Source: a bacterium (GTDB lineage: Bacteria > Electryoneota > Electryoneia > Electryoneales > Electryoneaceae). From it: DNA of 64,000 bases. The stretch spans positions 3,840,001 through 3,904,000 of the forward strand of contig OY769902.1 in the NCBI GenBank assembly GCA_963669175.1. Reading direction: 5' to 3'. Within the stretch, counting starts at the first letter, position 1. Each line of letters begins with the position of its first letter. The notes beneath the pieces are model-generated. The model saw only the letters and a program-made list of their open reading frames with translations, made no database searches and was not told the DNA's origin. Position numbers and translations under genes: made by a program. This document shows positions 29,022 through 39,649 of the stretch, piece after piece.

Positions 29022-29190
29022 CTACTTGAGCAGTACGACCTTTGTACGCCTGACCTCCTTTCCGGCCGCCATTTCGACGAAGTACACCCCGGAAGCTATC
29101 CCGCTAACTTTGAAAATTCTCCGGTGATATCCCGCCTGCTGCTCTCCCCAGCTCTCCTCCATCAACCGTTGCCCAAGGCGGGTGGCCATA
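29022..29190 (-). pseudogene. Orphan fragment of a T9SS-type C-terminal sorting domain
   Basis: LGQR...AGYHR...SGIASGVYFV....TKVVLLK* with no upstream cargo ORF. Confidence 0.7.
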
Positions 29191-29897
29191 TTCGCACGTG
29201 ATGATTTGACGTCCATAATGTTGATGGATACTGTGTTGAAGCAACAATTCACGACGCAACATGGAGTGAATAGGGACGGAGATTTGCCTGGGGGCCTGTT
29301 TGCAGCTTATGCATTATCCCGATGCTCTCATGAAGATTGGATGCGATAAAGGGTACAGTGGGAGTTTTTCTGCTGAAATGCGAGAAGAAGCTGTATCACT
29401 TGGGCATCAGGCCACCCGTCAATCAAATGAATATGTTATCCGTATCAATAACTACCGTCTATCCCTAGTTTTGTCCTCAATAACTACCGTCTGTCCCTAG
29501 TTTTGAAAATTCTCCGGTGATATCCCGCCTGCTGCTCTCCCCAGCTCTCCTCCATCACCTGTTGCCCAAGGCGGGTGGCCATATTCGCACGTGATGATTT
29601 GACGTCCATAATGTTGATGGATACTGTGTTGAAGCAACAATTCACGACGCAACATGGAGTGAATAGGGACGGAGATTTGCCTGGGGGCCTGTTTGCAGCT
29701 TATGCATTATCCCGATGCTCTCATGAAGATTGGATGCGATAAAGGGTACAGTGGGAGTTTTTCTGCTGAAATGCGAGAAGAAGCTGTATCACTTGGGCAT
29801 CAGGCCACCCGTCAATCAAATGAATATGTTATCCGTATCAATAACTACCGTCTATCCCTAGTTTTGTCCTCAATAACTACCGTCTGTCCCTAGTTTT
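29109..29897. repeat. Tandem duplication of a 393-bp unit, followed by an extra short repeat to ~29940
   Basis: Identical 66-aa ORFs at 29300 and 29693; only two substitutions noticed near 29166/29559. Confidence 0.9.
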
Positions 29898-30005
29898 ATG
29901 AGTTTTGTCCTCAATAACTACCGTCTGTCCCTAGTTTTATGATGCTAGCCCGAATATTTCACCAATGCAATTTCAAATTTGGTATTTGATGGAATGGCCA
30001 GTACA

Positions 30006-30256
30006 AGAACCACGGCAGTGGTTCTCTGTATTAGCCCACCGTCCAGCGCCGTCTGTTTGGCGCTCACGGTGGGAATAGGATGTACGCTACTTGCCAACCC
30101 CGGCAGCGGGTTGCCTGAATATTTCCACTGTATACTTTTGATAATTATCAGGTTACTCCTTCCGGAGTAAATATATGGTGCGCATTATCTCCCCGGGTAG
30201 CCGCCAAACTGACGGCGGCTGCCCGGGGCTAATACAGGTTGCCCCTGCCGGGGCGG
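30006..30256. repeat. Symmetric six-hairpin REP-like element (CGTCTGTTTG-loop family), copy 1
   Basis: Three hairpins, short AT-rich centre, three mirrored hairpins; same loops and linkers as 57996-58297. Confidence 0.7.
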
Positions 30257-30457
30257 TTGCCGATTCTCAGCCTATTTTGCCAGCGAAACAGGGAATAGAC
30301 ACGCAAAGGGATACCGGAGCAAACTGTCCCCTGAAAAATGCTGTATGAATCAGTTGTATTGTGTTGATATGAACTGTGTTAAGATGAATATCCATGTTCC
30401 GTTCATGAAATATTCGGGCTAGTTTTATATCCCTAGTTTTATATCGCACTCTCGCTG

Positions 30458-30580
30458 TCGTCAGGTCACAATGTGATGCCTGATGACGATCTATCATGCG
30501 AAATAGCAGCTGTGAAGTCGGATATGTGTCTGAAATTGCGGAGAAGAACAAGAAAAAGGCATCACGTCAAGACCTGACGA
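30458..30580. repeat. Third CAGGTC-N4-(C/T)GTGA inverted pair
   Basis: TCGTCAGGTCACAATGTGATGCC ... GGCATCACGTCAAGACCTGACGA. Confidence 0.8.
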
Positions 30581-30656
30581 AACATGCTCGTCGATAATAT
30601 GCACAAATTCTTGTGAGCAGCCGAAAGATCAAGGATATAGTTGGAATAAAGGAGAT

Positions 30657-30890
30657 GGAAAAAAGGGGACTGCCTCCTTTCCCTGGGGTAAAGCCGTGCT
30701 GCTGTGAGCATGGACCGGGAAAAGGTGGCTGTACCCTTTTTTGTGAACGCAGGCAGAAATTACACGGAAAAGGGTACAGTTTCCTTTTCCAGGAATACTT
30801 CGGAAATATTCTGCATAAGCGCGAGGAAAAGGATCCCGTCCCCTTTTCCCGGCAATTTCCATTATGACGGAATAAAATCGAGAACAGCAA
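30657..30890. repeat. Four-hairpin REP-like array, copy 2, with 3' tail
   Basis: Same order of four palindrome variants as 1053-1244. Confidence 0.7.
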
Positions 30891-31029
30891 TATTTTATGG
30901 AATTGGCTTCATAATAGAGTCTATTGATCGTGCTCAAATTCCAGATAGTCAATTATTAATTTCTAATCCCTAATTACTAATTTTTCTTCATCCTGCCAAT
31001 CGTTTTTCATCATGTGTATCTTGTGAATC

Positions 31030-31062
31030 AAAAAAACGGGTGGCCGCTCGCACGACCACCCA
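31030..31062 (-). terminator. Probable terminator after the 2292-aa gene
   Basis: GGGTGG/CCACCC stem with T-run on the minus strand. Confidence 0.55.
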
Positions 31063-31110
31063 TCGGGGATGCTGTTCAGCTTCGACGAATTGAAGCGTGT
31101 AAGCAGCAAA

Positions 31111-34100
31111 CTATTTCACCAGGACCATCCGTTTCAGGTCTGTGAACGCTCCGGCTTCGATACGGTAGAAATACATACCACTGGCCAGGTTACGTGCATC
31201 GAAGGAAACCGTATGATACCCGGCTTCCAAGCGTCCGTTCGCCAGTTGCATCACTTCCTGCCCCATCACGTTATAAACCATGAGGTTGACATTCTGCGGA
31301 TCTACCAGGTCAAACCTGATCTGGGTAACCGGGTTGAACGGGTTGGGATAGTTCTGATGCAGAGCGTATGTCGTGGGCATGTCAGCCGTTTCGTCATCAA
31401 TATCATCAACGAATACCACAACCAGATCAACAATCGGCGGTGCACACCAGTAGGGACCGGTCAGTACAATTTCCGCCATCAGTTCATCACCTACCACGAA
31501 GCCCAACTCCTCCGCTTTACCACCTCGAACGTCAACGGTAACCGAGATATCTTGGACTTCTTCCGGTTCCAGTACCCCCTCAGAAGGCTCGAGGTAGAAC
31601 CAGGACATCGGCGCTACGGTACCTTCCCAGATATCGACCCAATCAGTTTCCCCCTGCATGACGGTTGTCACATCGTAACGCGCGCTGTGGTAACCACGTG
31701 TAATCTCCATACCACCAGCCGTACCGACGCCTTCTTCATACAACACCTGGTAGTTGGTGTTCCAGGTGAACTCGGAAGTGCTGAACCTGTGCAACACACC
31801 TCCTTCGCCAGTCTCGTCTGTTGCCAATGCCCACAGGCAATAGCCTTCCTGATCACTCGGGTTGTATGCAAGTCCCATGATGGGGCCGACTTCCGGGTCA
31901 ATCATCATGCCACTCTGGGCGCCGGTATCCAGATCGTACAGCACAAAGCCATCCTGACCATCCGAGGCATACAAATACCCGTCATCGTAATCGATTGCGA
32001 GTGCAACCGGCCACATCCCCAGGTTGCATACCCACTCGTACTCGGTCAGATCCGGTGCAAAACGGAAGACATCGCCGTCAGAGTTCCCGCCGTAAAGCAT
32101 ACCGTCCTTCACATCGTAGGCGAGATCCAGAAGTCCCATCCCGTCAGCGCTGATCATTTCACCCGGATAGGTCCGTGCGGCAATCGGATTGCCTGCATGA
32201 CTGAACTGATACAGGAAATTATCTCCGATATCAGAGTTGGGAATGTAGACTGCACTGACATAGATACCGTCTTCCAGGGTAACAGCGCCATAGATGCCTG
32301 GATTCATTGTCAACGACTGTGCATCAAAGGTCATCAGGTGATCGAACAGATCATCCAGTTCGCCCATCGACTGAATCGGACCGGAGCCTTCTTTGGCAAA
32401 AGCGATACCGTTGCTGAGAATCGACTGGTTGGAAGAACCGGTTGTTTTCCGCATCATACGGCCACTGCGCTGCTGTTGTGGACCGGCATTGATGACTTTC
32501 CCGCCTGTTTCCTCTTCAGCCAACGTGTGTGGTCCATCAACCACCCAGATGTAGCTGTACCAGTCCAATGGTCCTGTCCCCACGCTGCTGATTTGGATGG
32601 AAGTTGTACCAATAGAATCACCCACCAGCTCGTTGAAGTTGACAAAAACTTCAAGCGCCGTTGTGTTCAAGTCGCCATCCGGGTATACCAACGCTCGTCC
32701 GGACGCGTTTGTGAAGTTCACTTCGATGGTATCCCTTTCCAGCAATTCCGTATCATCTGCGCGTGACGGCCAGTAACAGGGATACTCGGTTATGATGTTC
32801 AGCGTATCATCTGCCGGAGAATTAAACAGGAAGTAGTAGCCTGATGCATCCGTATACGCTTCATAGGCCGGGTATTCTTCCACATACACCCGCACACCTT
32901 CCACTGGCTCATCGTCGGAATCCATGACAAATCCATAGATGCTCCCGCGCGGAGTACCTTCTACTCCCCAAAGTTCAAGTTCATCAATAGCAACACCGTA
33001 ATAGCTGTTCCCGCTACCGTCACTACCGAACCTGAACCTGATGAGGAATGAATCGGCATCTGCCACATAGTTGGTCAAGTCGTAGGTTACCTGTGCCCAG
33101 GCGTTGGATGAAGCGGACCATCCTGGTTCAGCATCCAATCCGCTGACACCACCCTCGTAGTTATAGCCATCGATCGGGGAAACGACAGTCCAGGTTCCGC
33201 CATCGTTGGTGGAGACCTGCAGGTTGTACCCATCATAGTAGGACTCAAACTGATACCAGTGATAGTACATCAGCAGGACTGCGCCTTCAGCGGGTATCCA
33301 GGCATGCTCGCTTTCCATGATAGCATCATCGTTGTTGTTGTAGATCCCATCCATATACGTAGCGTAGCAGTAGTCGCCGTCATGCGCTTCACCCGGTCCG
33401 GCAGTAGGAGTGCCCAATGTCCAGATATCGCCATCTTCAAAGGGGATATCCTGTTCCGGTTGCACTCCGGGTTCAAAGCTGCTCCAATAGGGCGCGCTGC
33501 CTATCTGAATCAGGGTCTCACCTTCGTCACCGGTTCCGATGCCAGCAGCGGAATAGTTAGGCACTTCGTCAAACGCTTCCACCTTATAGGAATAGTAACC
33601 GGCCGTTAAGACCTGATCGTTGTATGACCATGCTTCCGGATCATCAAGCGTGGCAATCAACTCATTATCACGATAGATGTTAAATCCAGCCAGATCGACC
33701 AGGTCCGTTCCGTCTTCGTTTTCTGTTGGAACTTCCCAGGTTATAACCGACGTCAACGCATTGTGATCAATGTCGCTGACCGAGACATCGGACGGTGCAT
33801 CCGGCGGCATCCAGAACCAGGTTTCCACATCATCTGTCGGATCAGATTCAATGATCTCACCTTCGACAGTATTCTGGGCAGTGACATAGTAGTAGACGTG
33901 GTTGCCTTCTTCGCCTTCTTCGTCACTTTCCCAGTCGCTACCGTATACCAACAGGTAAGGAATCTGGTTTTCCGTAACTGGATCGTCGTTGTACAGTTCG
34001 AATTCTTCACCGTCCGTTGAAACGTAGAAGAAATAACCGTCGAACTCGTCGAGTTCGTTGTTGGCAATAAGCCCTTCACGAACGAATACACCTGGACGAA

Positions 34101-37100
34101 GTGGATTGGGACCATCACAGAAACCGTGTTTATCCGAACTTCCGTGAACAGCCGCATTCAACGGGATAATCGAATCACGATTCGGCACGGATTCCCTTGA
34201 TGGAAGTGTTGGATGTTCGGCCATGAACATGTCATCCTGGAATCCCAGCACCCAGGCCCGTACCATGGGATCACCATTCACATTATGGTTCGTGGCTGTA
34301 TCCCAACCGTTTGTGGTGTAGTACAAATAGCTCTGCGGCTCATTCAGCGAGGCGTCTACACAAATCGCTTCTGATGTATTCTCGGTTGGGGGGACATAGA
34401 AACCGAGCCAGAATACATCCTCTGCCGTCACGCCCGGTTCGAAAATAGCCCACGGTTCATCTGCAGAGGTGGTGATTTCTCCAGAAGTATAGAGCAGCTC
34501 ACCCGGCAGATCGTCGTCCCCATTCGCCCAGCACATGGCAATGATCGGGTCATGCACACCATCCGGCCAGGGAGCGGGTGTCCATTGTTCACTCTCTGAT
34601 GTCAGGCGAATTTCACCTTGTACTACTGTCGCTGTGCCATCAAGGAAGAACGGAACCCCCCAATTGTAGTTTTCACCGTTGGTGTTCAAGTATGTCGCAT
34701 TCCCCGGTGTACCGTCATCATATGTCAGGTAGATCAGATCGCCGACAAACCCGGGAGGCATGACTGTTACATAAACACCGTCATCATGGTACTTGTTATC
34801 ACTTACAAGGACAGGCGGTGTTTCTGGCGACACCCACTCCATCTCCACATTCACCGTAAGCGTATAGACCTCTTCACCGAATTCAAGATCTGTGTGATCG
34901 GTGTTCGGATTGTACTGGTTCGCGATAACTTCCATATCGTAGGTCAAATCCCGATCCAGGATGCGCACAAATTCGTACCAGCCGTTTTCATCCGTTGAAG
35001 TGGAGTATCTCCCATCATCCGAATCCGTCAAAGTGACCTGGGCATTTTCTACGATATTGTCATCAACGTCCGTGATCGTTCCCTCAATGCTGCCCATGGG
35101 CACCAACTCGAGATCCACATCCAGGAAGTATTCAGCCTCAGCAAAGGTCAAGTCTGTCTCTTCTCCGGAAGCATACCCCTCTGCGGAAACAGTGATGGAG
35201 AATGTTTCATCAAGGTTGAATTCGCGTACAAATTCGTAGTAACCATCTTCATCAGTCGTAGTTGTCCAGGTGTCGCCTTCATCGCTTTCAGCGACTACTG
35301 TTGCACCTTCAACAGGATCGTCATCGGAATAATCCAGGATAGAACCGGAGATGGTTCCAGCCGGGAGAAGCGACACGTCAATCGAGATGTCGAAACCTTC
35401 AACAATCGTAATATCTTCTACTGTTCTTGAAGTGTATCCGATCGCCTCGTAGTCAACATCCCACGGACCATCCGCACTGTCCACGAGTACGGAATACCAG
35501 CCGTTCTCATCCGATTCTGCATACCATGTATCACCTTCAGAATCCGTCGCCACGACTTCGCAACCGACAACAGGATCACCGGTGATGGAGTCGCTTACGA
35601 CGCCATTGATACCGGCCCAACTCCAGTCTGGTGGCTGGAATGTAATCGCGAACTCATTTTCAAGTGACTGGTAAGGATAGGTGTACGCAACAGTACCATC
35701 CGAGTTTTCGATACCAACACCGCCACGGATGTAGTAGCTCCAGTCATCTGCCTCTTCATACTGGAATTTTATCGCTCCTGTTTCGCAGTCCAGTACCGCT
35801 TCATAGGAGAAACGGTAGTCCGTGTTACCGCTATAGGGACGGAGGTAGAATTGGATGATAACCTGATCGTTTTCTGTATCCTCCAGGTACCAGATACCTA
35901 TACCATCTCCAGCAGCGCCACCGTGATAATCACCGTTCAAGGGAAGTAAAACTGTGTTTGGCGCGGAAGTCGCAGGAATGTTTACAGTTATGGAAGTGGA
36001 CGTAAAGTCTGTAAAACTGAACCAGCCGTTGGTGCAGGCGCCAAAGGAATCGTACTCATCGCCGAAATAAGGGAAAGTCAGTTCGTCCAATGAAACCTCA
36101 CCGCTGTTCGCATCATCACCTGCATCAACAGCGACAGAACCTTCACCACCATTGTTCGGGTTAATCTCTATCCAGTCATATTGCGATTCTGAGACAATGT
36201 ATGTCGAGGCGACCGGGAGTGGACGACCGTATAGAGGTTCACAGAACACGAGATAATCGTCACCATATCCATAGTCCGCAGCTACTGCCGCACCATACAT
36301 GGTGCCGTTCGCCAGACCGCTGACAGTATAACTCTCGCCATTGATAACATTGTCAAGGATGTCTTCCATGCCATTCGGATAGATCAATTTCACACGATAT
36401 CCCTGGAAATCCATCAGCTCATCCAGCTCCTGCCCGTTTCCCATGGCTCGAATCATATCATCATGGATGTTCTGGAGCATGTGGATACGTTTTTCCACCA
36501 ATGGCAGTTTGGCGATTTCCTGCGGTATGTTGCGGCTCCGAATATCATCGATAGATAGATACAGGTTTTCTATCTCCTCGGCAATCAGCAACACGTCTTC
36601 TTCAGGATGGTTGTCTGGCGCCCCCCAGACAAGGTCAAGTTCAGTATCGCCTATACTCATCGAGAAAGCGGTTGGTGGAAGAACTTCATACACCTCAAAT
36701 TCCAACGGCATTTCATCTTCGCTTACCTCAACGGCAGGCATAAATTTATCATGATAGCCATCCGATCCTGCAGGATCTCCGCTTATAACAAAGGTGTAAT
36801 AACCAACAGCCTGCGAGCCCAGGTTAAAACCGCCATTCTCATCGGTAACGCCACTGACGTTCAGCACTGGAATGGATACGGTTATTCCCTCAACAGGATT
36901 ATCAGGATTATCTGCCGAATAGACTGTCCCGGAGATCTCAGTTTCAATAGCATTGTTGTAATCAAGGATGAAATTGACAACTGTGGTATCGTCAGAAGCA
37001 ATACTTACGCTGTCCTCTGAGGCCAGAAAGTATCCAGGCGCCATTGCTTTTACGATATAATCCATCTCGAAAAGGGTTTCTTCAAGGATATAATCGCCGT

Positions 37101-37989
37101 TTTCATCAGTGTAGACATTTGCTACAAACGACGTGTCTTCCTGAATCCATACTGAAATCTCAGTCCCGGCAACCGGTTCATCATCAATGTCTATCACCGT
37201 TCCCATCAAGGTTCCCCAACGGGGATGATAGATCACGTAGTCAAGAGTATTCGGAAGCAGGTAAGCGCCGACATAATCGTGGCTCCACATGTGCGCATAG
37301 GTCATCGTAGTTGCAATGACATGACCATGACCATATTCGTATTCAATCAACGTGGGCAAAGTGCCATCTGCATTCCGGGAAATGATGACATTGGCATCAT
37401 CCGGATACCCGGTCAGGTAACCGTGGTTACAACTGCTTCCTTCAGGGTTGGGTTCATCCAGGACAATCGGGTGATCTTCATCCTGGATATAGTTGACTGT
37501 GCTGTTATCCGAGTAGATATGGCCGGTGCCATCCCACAATTCCCATCCGGGAGTATGTGTGTTGGTTCCACCGTGATATTCCAGCCAACCACCGTCTTCG
37601 ACATACTCCTGCAGAACACCTATTGCAGCATTCAGGTTAGTATAGAATGTTGCATCCTGGTTGCCTGAAACAACAACAGCGACATATTCCGAAAAATCCG
37701 TATTCTGTACATTGGCGGAATTAATGATGTCATACGTTACATCTTCCATGACATCAAGCACTCCGGTTATATCCCCCCACCAGTTGTCAATGTCCTGAAT
37801 GAGCGCCACATTCAACTCATCCAGTTCGCTGTATCTTGGCGCAACAGGAATCACAGGCATCCCGGTCGTCCAGCTTGGGAGTACTGCCTCCTGATCTGCC
37901 ACCACGCCTTCAAGCTCAGCCTGTGCCAGCACACTGCATAGCGACACAAGCATCAGCCCGACAACCAACAACCAAGTCAATCGTCTCAT
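31111..37989 (-). CDS. 2292-aa secreted acidic multidomain protein (CarboxypepD_reg/FN3-like Ig repeats, beta-sandwich and propeller-like modules) with T9SS-type C-terminal domain
   Basis: Signal peptide; repeated G.I.G.V.D...PVEGA.V...TDENG.Y; HWYQFESYYDG; C-terminal NYPNPFNP...GMYFY...KRMVLVK. Confidence 0.85.
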   Translation of the reverse strand: MRRLTWLLVVGLMLVSLCSVLAQAELEGVVADQEAVLPSWTTGMPVIPVAPRYSELDELNVALIQDIDNWWGDITGVLDVMEDVTYDIINSANVQNTDFSEYVAVVVSGNQDATFYTNLNAAIGVLQEYVEDGGWLEYHGGTNTHTPGWELWDGTGHIYSDNSTVNYIQDEDHPIVLDEPNPEGSSCNHGYLTGYPDDANVIISRNADGTLPTLIEYEYGHGHVIATTMTYAHMWSHDYVGAYLLPNTLDYVIYHPRWGTLMGTVIDIDDEPVAGTEISVWIQEDTSFVANVYTDENGDYILEETLFEMDYIVKAMAPGYFLASEDSVSIASDDTTVVNFILDYNNAIETEISGTVYSADNPDNPVEGITVSIPVLNVSGVTDENGGFNLGSQAVGYYTFVISGDPAGSDGYHDKFMPAVEVSEDEMPLEFEVYEVLPPTAFSMSIGDTELDLVWGAPDNHPEEDVLLIAEEIENLYLSIDDIRSRNIPQEIAKLPLVEKRIHMLQNIHDDMIRAMGNGQELDELMDFQGYRVKLIYPNGMEDILDNVINGESYTVSGLANGTMYGAAVAADYGYGDDYLVFCEPLYGRPLPVASTYIVSESQYDWIEINPNNGGEGSVAVDAGDDANSGEVSLDELTFPYFGDEYDSFGACTNGWFSFTDFTSTSITVNIPATSAPNTVLLPLNGDYHGGAAGDGIGIWYLEDTENDQVIIQFYLRPYSGNTDYRFSYEAVLDCETGAIKFQYEEADDWSYYIRGGVGIENSDGTVAYTYPYQSLENEFAITFQPPDWSWAGINGVVSDSITGDPVVGCEVVATDSEGDTWYAESDENGWYSVLVDSADGPWDVDYEAIGYTSRTVEDITIVEGFDISIDVSLLPAGTISGSILDYSDDDPVEGATVVAESDEGDTWTTTTDEDGYYEFVREFNLDETFSITVSAEGYASGEETDLTFAEAEYFLDVDLELVPMGSIEGTITDVDDNIVENAQVTLTDSDDGRYSTSTDENGWYEFVRILDRDLTYDMEVIANQYNPNTDHTDLEFGEEVYTLTVNVEMEWVSPETPPVLVSDNKYHDDGVYVTVMPPGFVGDLIYLTYDDGTPGNATYLNTNGENYNWGVPFFLDGTATVVQGEIRLTSESEQWTPAPWPDGVHDPIIAMCWANGDDDLPGELLYTSGEITTSADEPWAIFEPGVTAEDVFWLGFYVPPTENTSEAICVDASLNEPQSYLYYTTNGWDTATNHNVNGDPMVRAWVLGFQDDMFMAEHPTLPSRESVPNRDSIIPLNAAVHGSSDKHGFCDGPNPLRPGVFVREGLIANNELDEFDGYFFYVSTDGEEFELYNDDPVTENQIPYLLVYGSDWESDEEGEEGNHVYYYVTAQNTVEGEIIESDPTDDVETWFWMPPDAPSDVSVSDIDHNALTSVITWEVPTENEDGTDLVDLAGFNIYRDNELIATLDDPEAWSYNDQVLTAGYYSYKVEAFDEVPNYSAAGIGTGDEGETLIQIGSAPYWSSFEPGVQPEQDIPFEDGDIWTLGTPTAGPGEAHDGDYCYATYMDGIYNNNDDAIMESEHAWIPAEGAVLLMYYHWYQFESYYDGYNLQVSTNDGGTWTVVSPIDGYNYEGGVSGLDAEPGWSASSNAWAQVTYDLTNYVADADSFLIRFRFGSDGSGNSYYGVAIDELELWGVEGTPRGSIYGFVMDSDDEPVEGVRVYVEEYPAYEAYTDASGYYFLFNSPADDTLNIITEYPCYWPSRADDTELLERDTIEVNFTNASGRALVYPDGDLNTTALEVFVNFNELVGDSIGTTSIQISSVGTGPLDWYSYIWVVDGPHTLAEEETGGKVINAGPQQQRSGRMMRKTTGSSNQSILSNGIAFAKEGSGPIQSMGELDDLFDHLMTFDAQSLTMNPGIYGAVTLEDGIYVSAVYIPNSDIGDNFLYQFSHAGNPIAARTYPGEMISADGMGLLDLAYDVKDGMLYGGNSDGDVFRFAPDLTEYEWVCNLGMWPVALAIDYDDGYLYASDGQDGFVLYDLDTGAQSGMMIDPEVGPIMGLAYNPSDQEGYCLWALATDETGEGGVLHRFSTSEFTWNTNYQVLYEEGVGTAGGMEITRGYHSARYDVTTVMQGETDWVDIWEGTVAPMSWFYLEPSEGVLEPEEVQDISVTVDVRGGKAEELGFVVGDELMAEIVLTGPYWCAPPIVDLVVVFVDDIDDETADMPTTYALHQNYPNPFNPVTQIRFDLVDPQNVNLMVYNVMGQEVMQLANGRLEAGYHTVSFDARNLASGMYFYRIEAGAFTDLKRMVLVK

Positions 37990-38454
37990 GCTAAGGCTCC
38001 CTAGTGAATTAAACGATATGCAAAAAGTCAGCTTTGTGTTAACACCACTTGGGCCGTGGAATAATCAGGCAGGGTCGTGTAGGGGCAAATCCACTGACAC
38101 CATAATACTGAAAGGTTAATGATAGTTATAAACTAAATTGGAAAATCTTGAGCTTTCAAGAAGCAAGCGTCAATTAAATAAAAAACTCTACCTCCACCTA
38201 AACAATTTTCCATCGAGGGGCCTTTGAAAATGTTCTGTCCATTGGAACAGTCCCGCTGCGCCATTGTCGCCATATCTGCATTAAAGTTAGAATCGCCAAA
38301 CTTTAATTCAAGTGTCATGGACCAATCAGTTTTTCTCCCGGTTCCTTTCCTGGTTGTTTTGTTGAAAATCTGGCGTCTGCATATAAACAGGACTGAACTG
38401 ATGCATCTTTCAGATTCGTTGCTTACCTTGCGCGGAACAACCCGGGGCATGCAT

Positions 38455-39093
38455 ATGATGAATTACATCTGGTTCGTTCTTTTTGCGGTCGGCATCCTTG
38501 TGGGGATGTTTACCGGTACGTTGGACGAAGTAACCGCTGCGACTCTCGAAGCCGGTAAAACAGCCGTAACACTGGCGATAGGCCTGATAGGTGTGATGGC
38601 GCTCTGGCTGGGGTTGATGCGTGTTGCCGAAAAGGCCGGACTGGTGAGAATTGTGGCCAGGTTGCTTCAGCCAGTAATGAAAAGAATATTTCCGGAAATC
38701 CCTCCTGATCATCCAGCAATGGGCAGCATGCTGGCTAATATTGCAGCCAACATGCTTGGACTCGGGAATTCTGCTACCGCCCTGGGACTCAAAGCGATGG
38801 AAGATCTTCAATCCATAAACCAGGACAAGGACAGCGCCTCCAATGCCATGGCCACATTTCTGGCGATCAACACATCATCGGTAACAATCATTCCGGCAAC
38901 TGTAATCGCGGTGCGTATATCAGCAGGCGCAACCAATGCAACAGAAATCATTGGTCCGGCGATTATCGCAACCGGTGTCAGTACAACCGTGGGTATCATA
39001 GCGGCTCGATTGTTACAGAAAGCAGTACCGCCTCAAAAAGCATCTTCTCCCGAGAATGGCAATGGTCATGTCGAGGGAGGTGATCATGCCTGA
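38455..39093 (+). CDS. spmA: SpmA-like nucleoside-recognition (Gate) membrane protein
   Basis: MNYIW, LWLGLM..AE.AGL, FPEIP..HPA, ANMLGLGNSAT, INTSS. Confidence 0.9.
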   Translation: MMNYIWFVLFAVGILVGMFTGTLDEVTAATLEAGKTAVTLAIGLIGVMALWLGLMRVAEKAGLVRIVARLLQPVMKRIFPEIPPDHPAMGSMLANIAANMLGLGNSATALGLKAMEDLQSINQDKDSASNAMATFLAINTSSVTIIPATVIAVRISAGATNATEIIGPAIIATGVSTTVGIIAARLLQKAVPPQKASSPENGNGHVEGGDHA

Positions 39094-39628
39094 GTCAATC
39101 CACGGTTTTATCGAAGAACTGAGTAGCTGGGCCATACCGCTTACAATTCTGTTGGTTTTGAGTGTTGGCCTGATTCGAAAAGTCAAGATATATGAAGAAT
39201 TTGTGGATGGTGCGAAGGAAGGATTTCAGGTTGGTGTGCGAATCATTCCATACCTGGTAGCGATCCTGGCGGCAATTGCAGCGTTTCGTGCATCTGGCGC
39301 CCTGGACATGCTGACAAGTATGCTGGCTCCGTTATTCAGCCTGGTAGGATTTCCGCCTGAAGCCCTGCCCATGGCCCTGATTCGCCCCCTGTCCGGAAGT
39401 GGCGCTTTGGGGGTTATGACCGAACTGATCAACACACACGGACCTGAGTCTTTCATCGGACGACTGGCATCTGTGATGATGGGCTCAACCGAGACCACAT
39501 TTTATATTCTGGCTGTTTATCTTGGCGCGGTTGGCATCAGGAATGGACGTCATACTCTGGCAGCATGCCTGATTGCGGATGCTTCAGGACTGATTGCGGC
39601 TTTCCTTGTGTGCAAATGGTTTTTCTAA
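39086..39628 (+). CDS. spmB: SpmB-like membrane protein
   Basis: YEEFVDGAKEG, IRPLSGSG, GSTETTFY; overlaps spmA stop. Confidence 0.92.
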   Translation: MPESIHGFIEELSSWAIPLTILLVLSVGLIRKVKIYEEFVDGAKEGFQVGVRIIPYLVAILAAIAAFRASGALDMLTSMLAPLFSLVGFPPEALPMALIRPLSGSGALGVMTELINTHGPESFIGRLASVMMGSTETTFYILAVYLGAVGIRNGRHTLAACLIADASGLIAAFLVCKWFF

Positions 39629-39649
39629 AAAGTGATTGGTACGTAGTTC

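Noticed and set aside
29300-29500. 66-aa ORF present twice
   Set aside because: By-product of the tandem duplication; runs through repeat motifs with a TTG start and no recognisable motifs.
31069-32766. 565-aa plus-strand ORF
   Set aside because: Antisense shadow of the 2292-aa gene, with no recognisable motifs.
38000-38450. TPP or other riboswitch upstream of spmAB-thiN
   Set aside because: Conserved CTGAGA/AACCTGA core not found.
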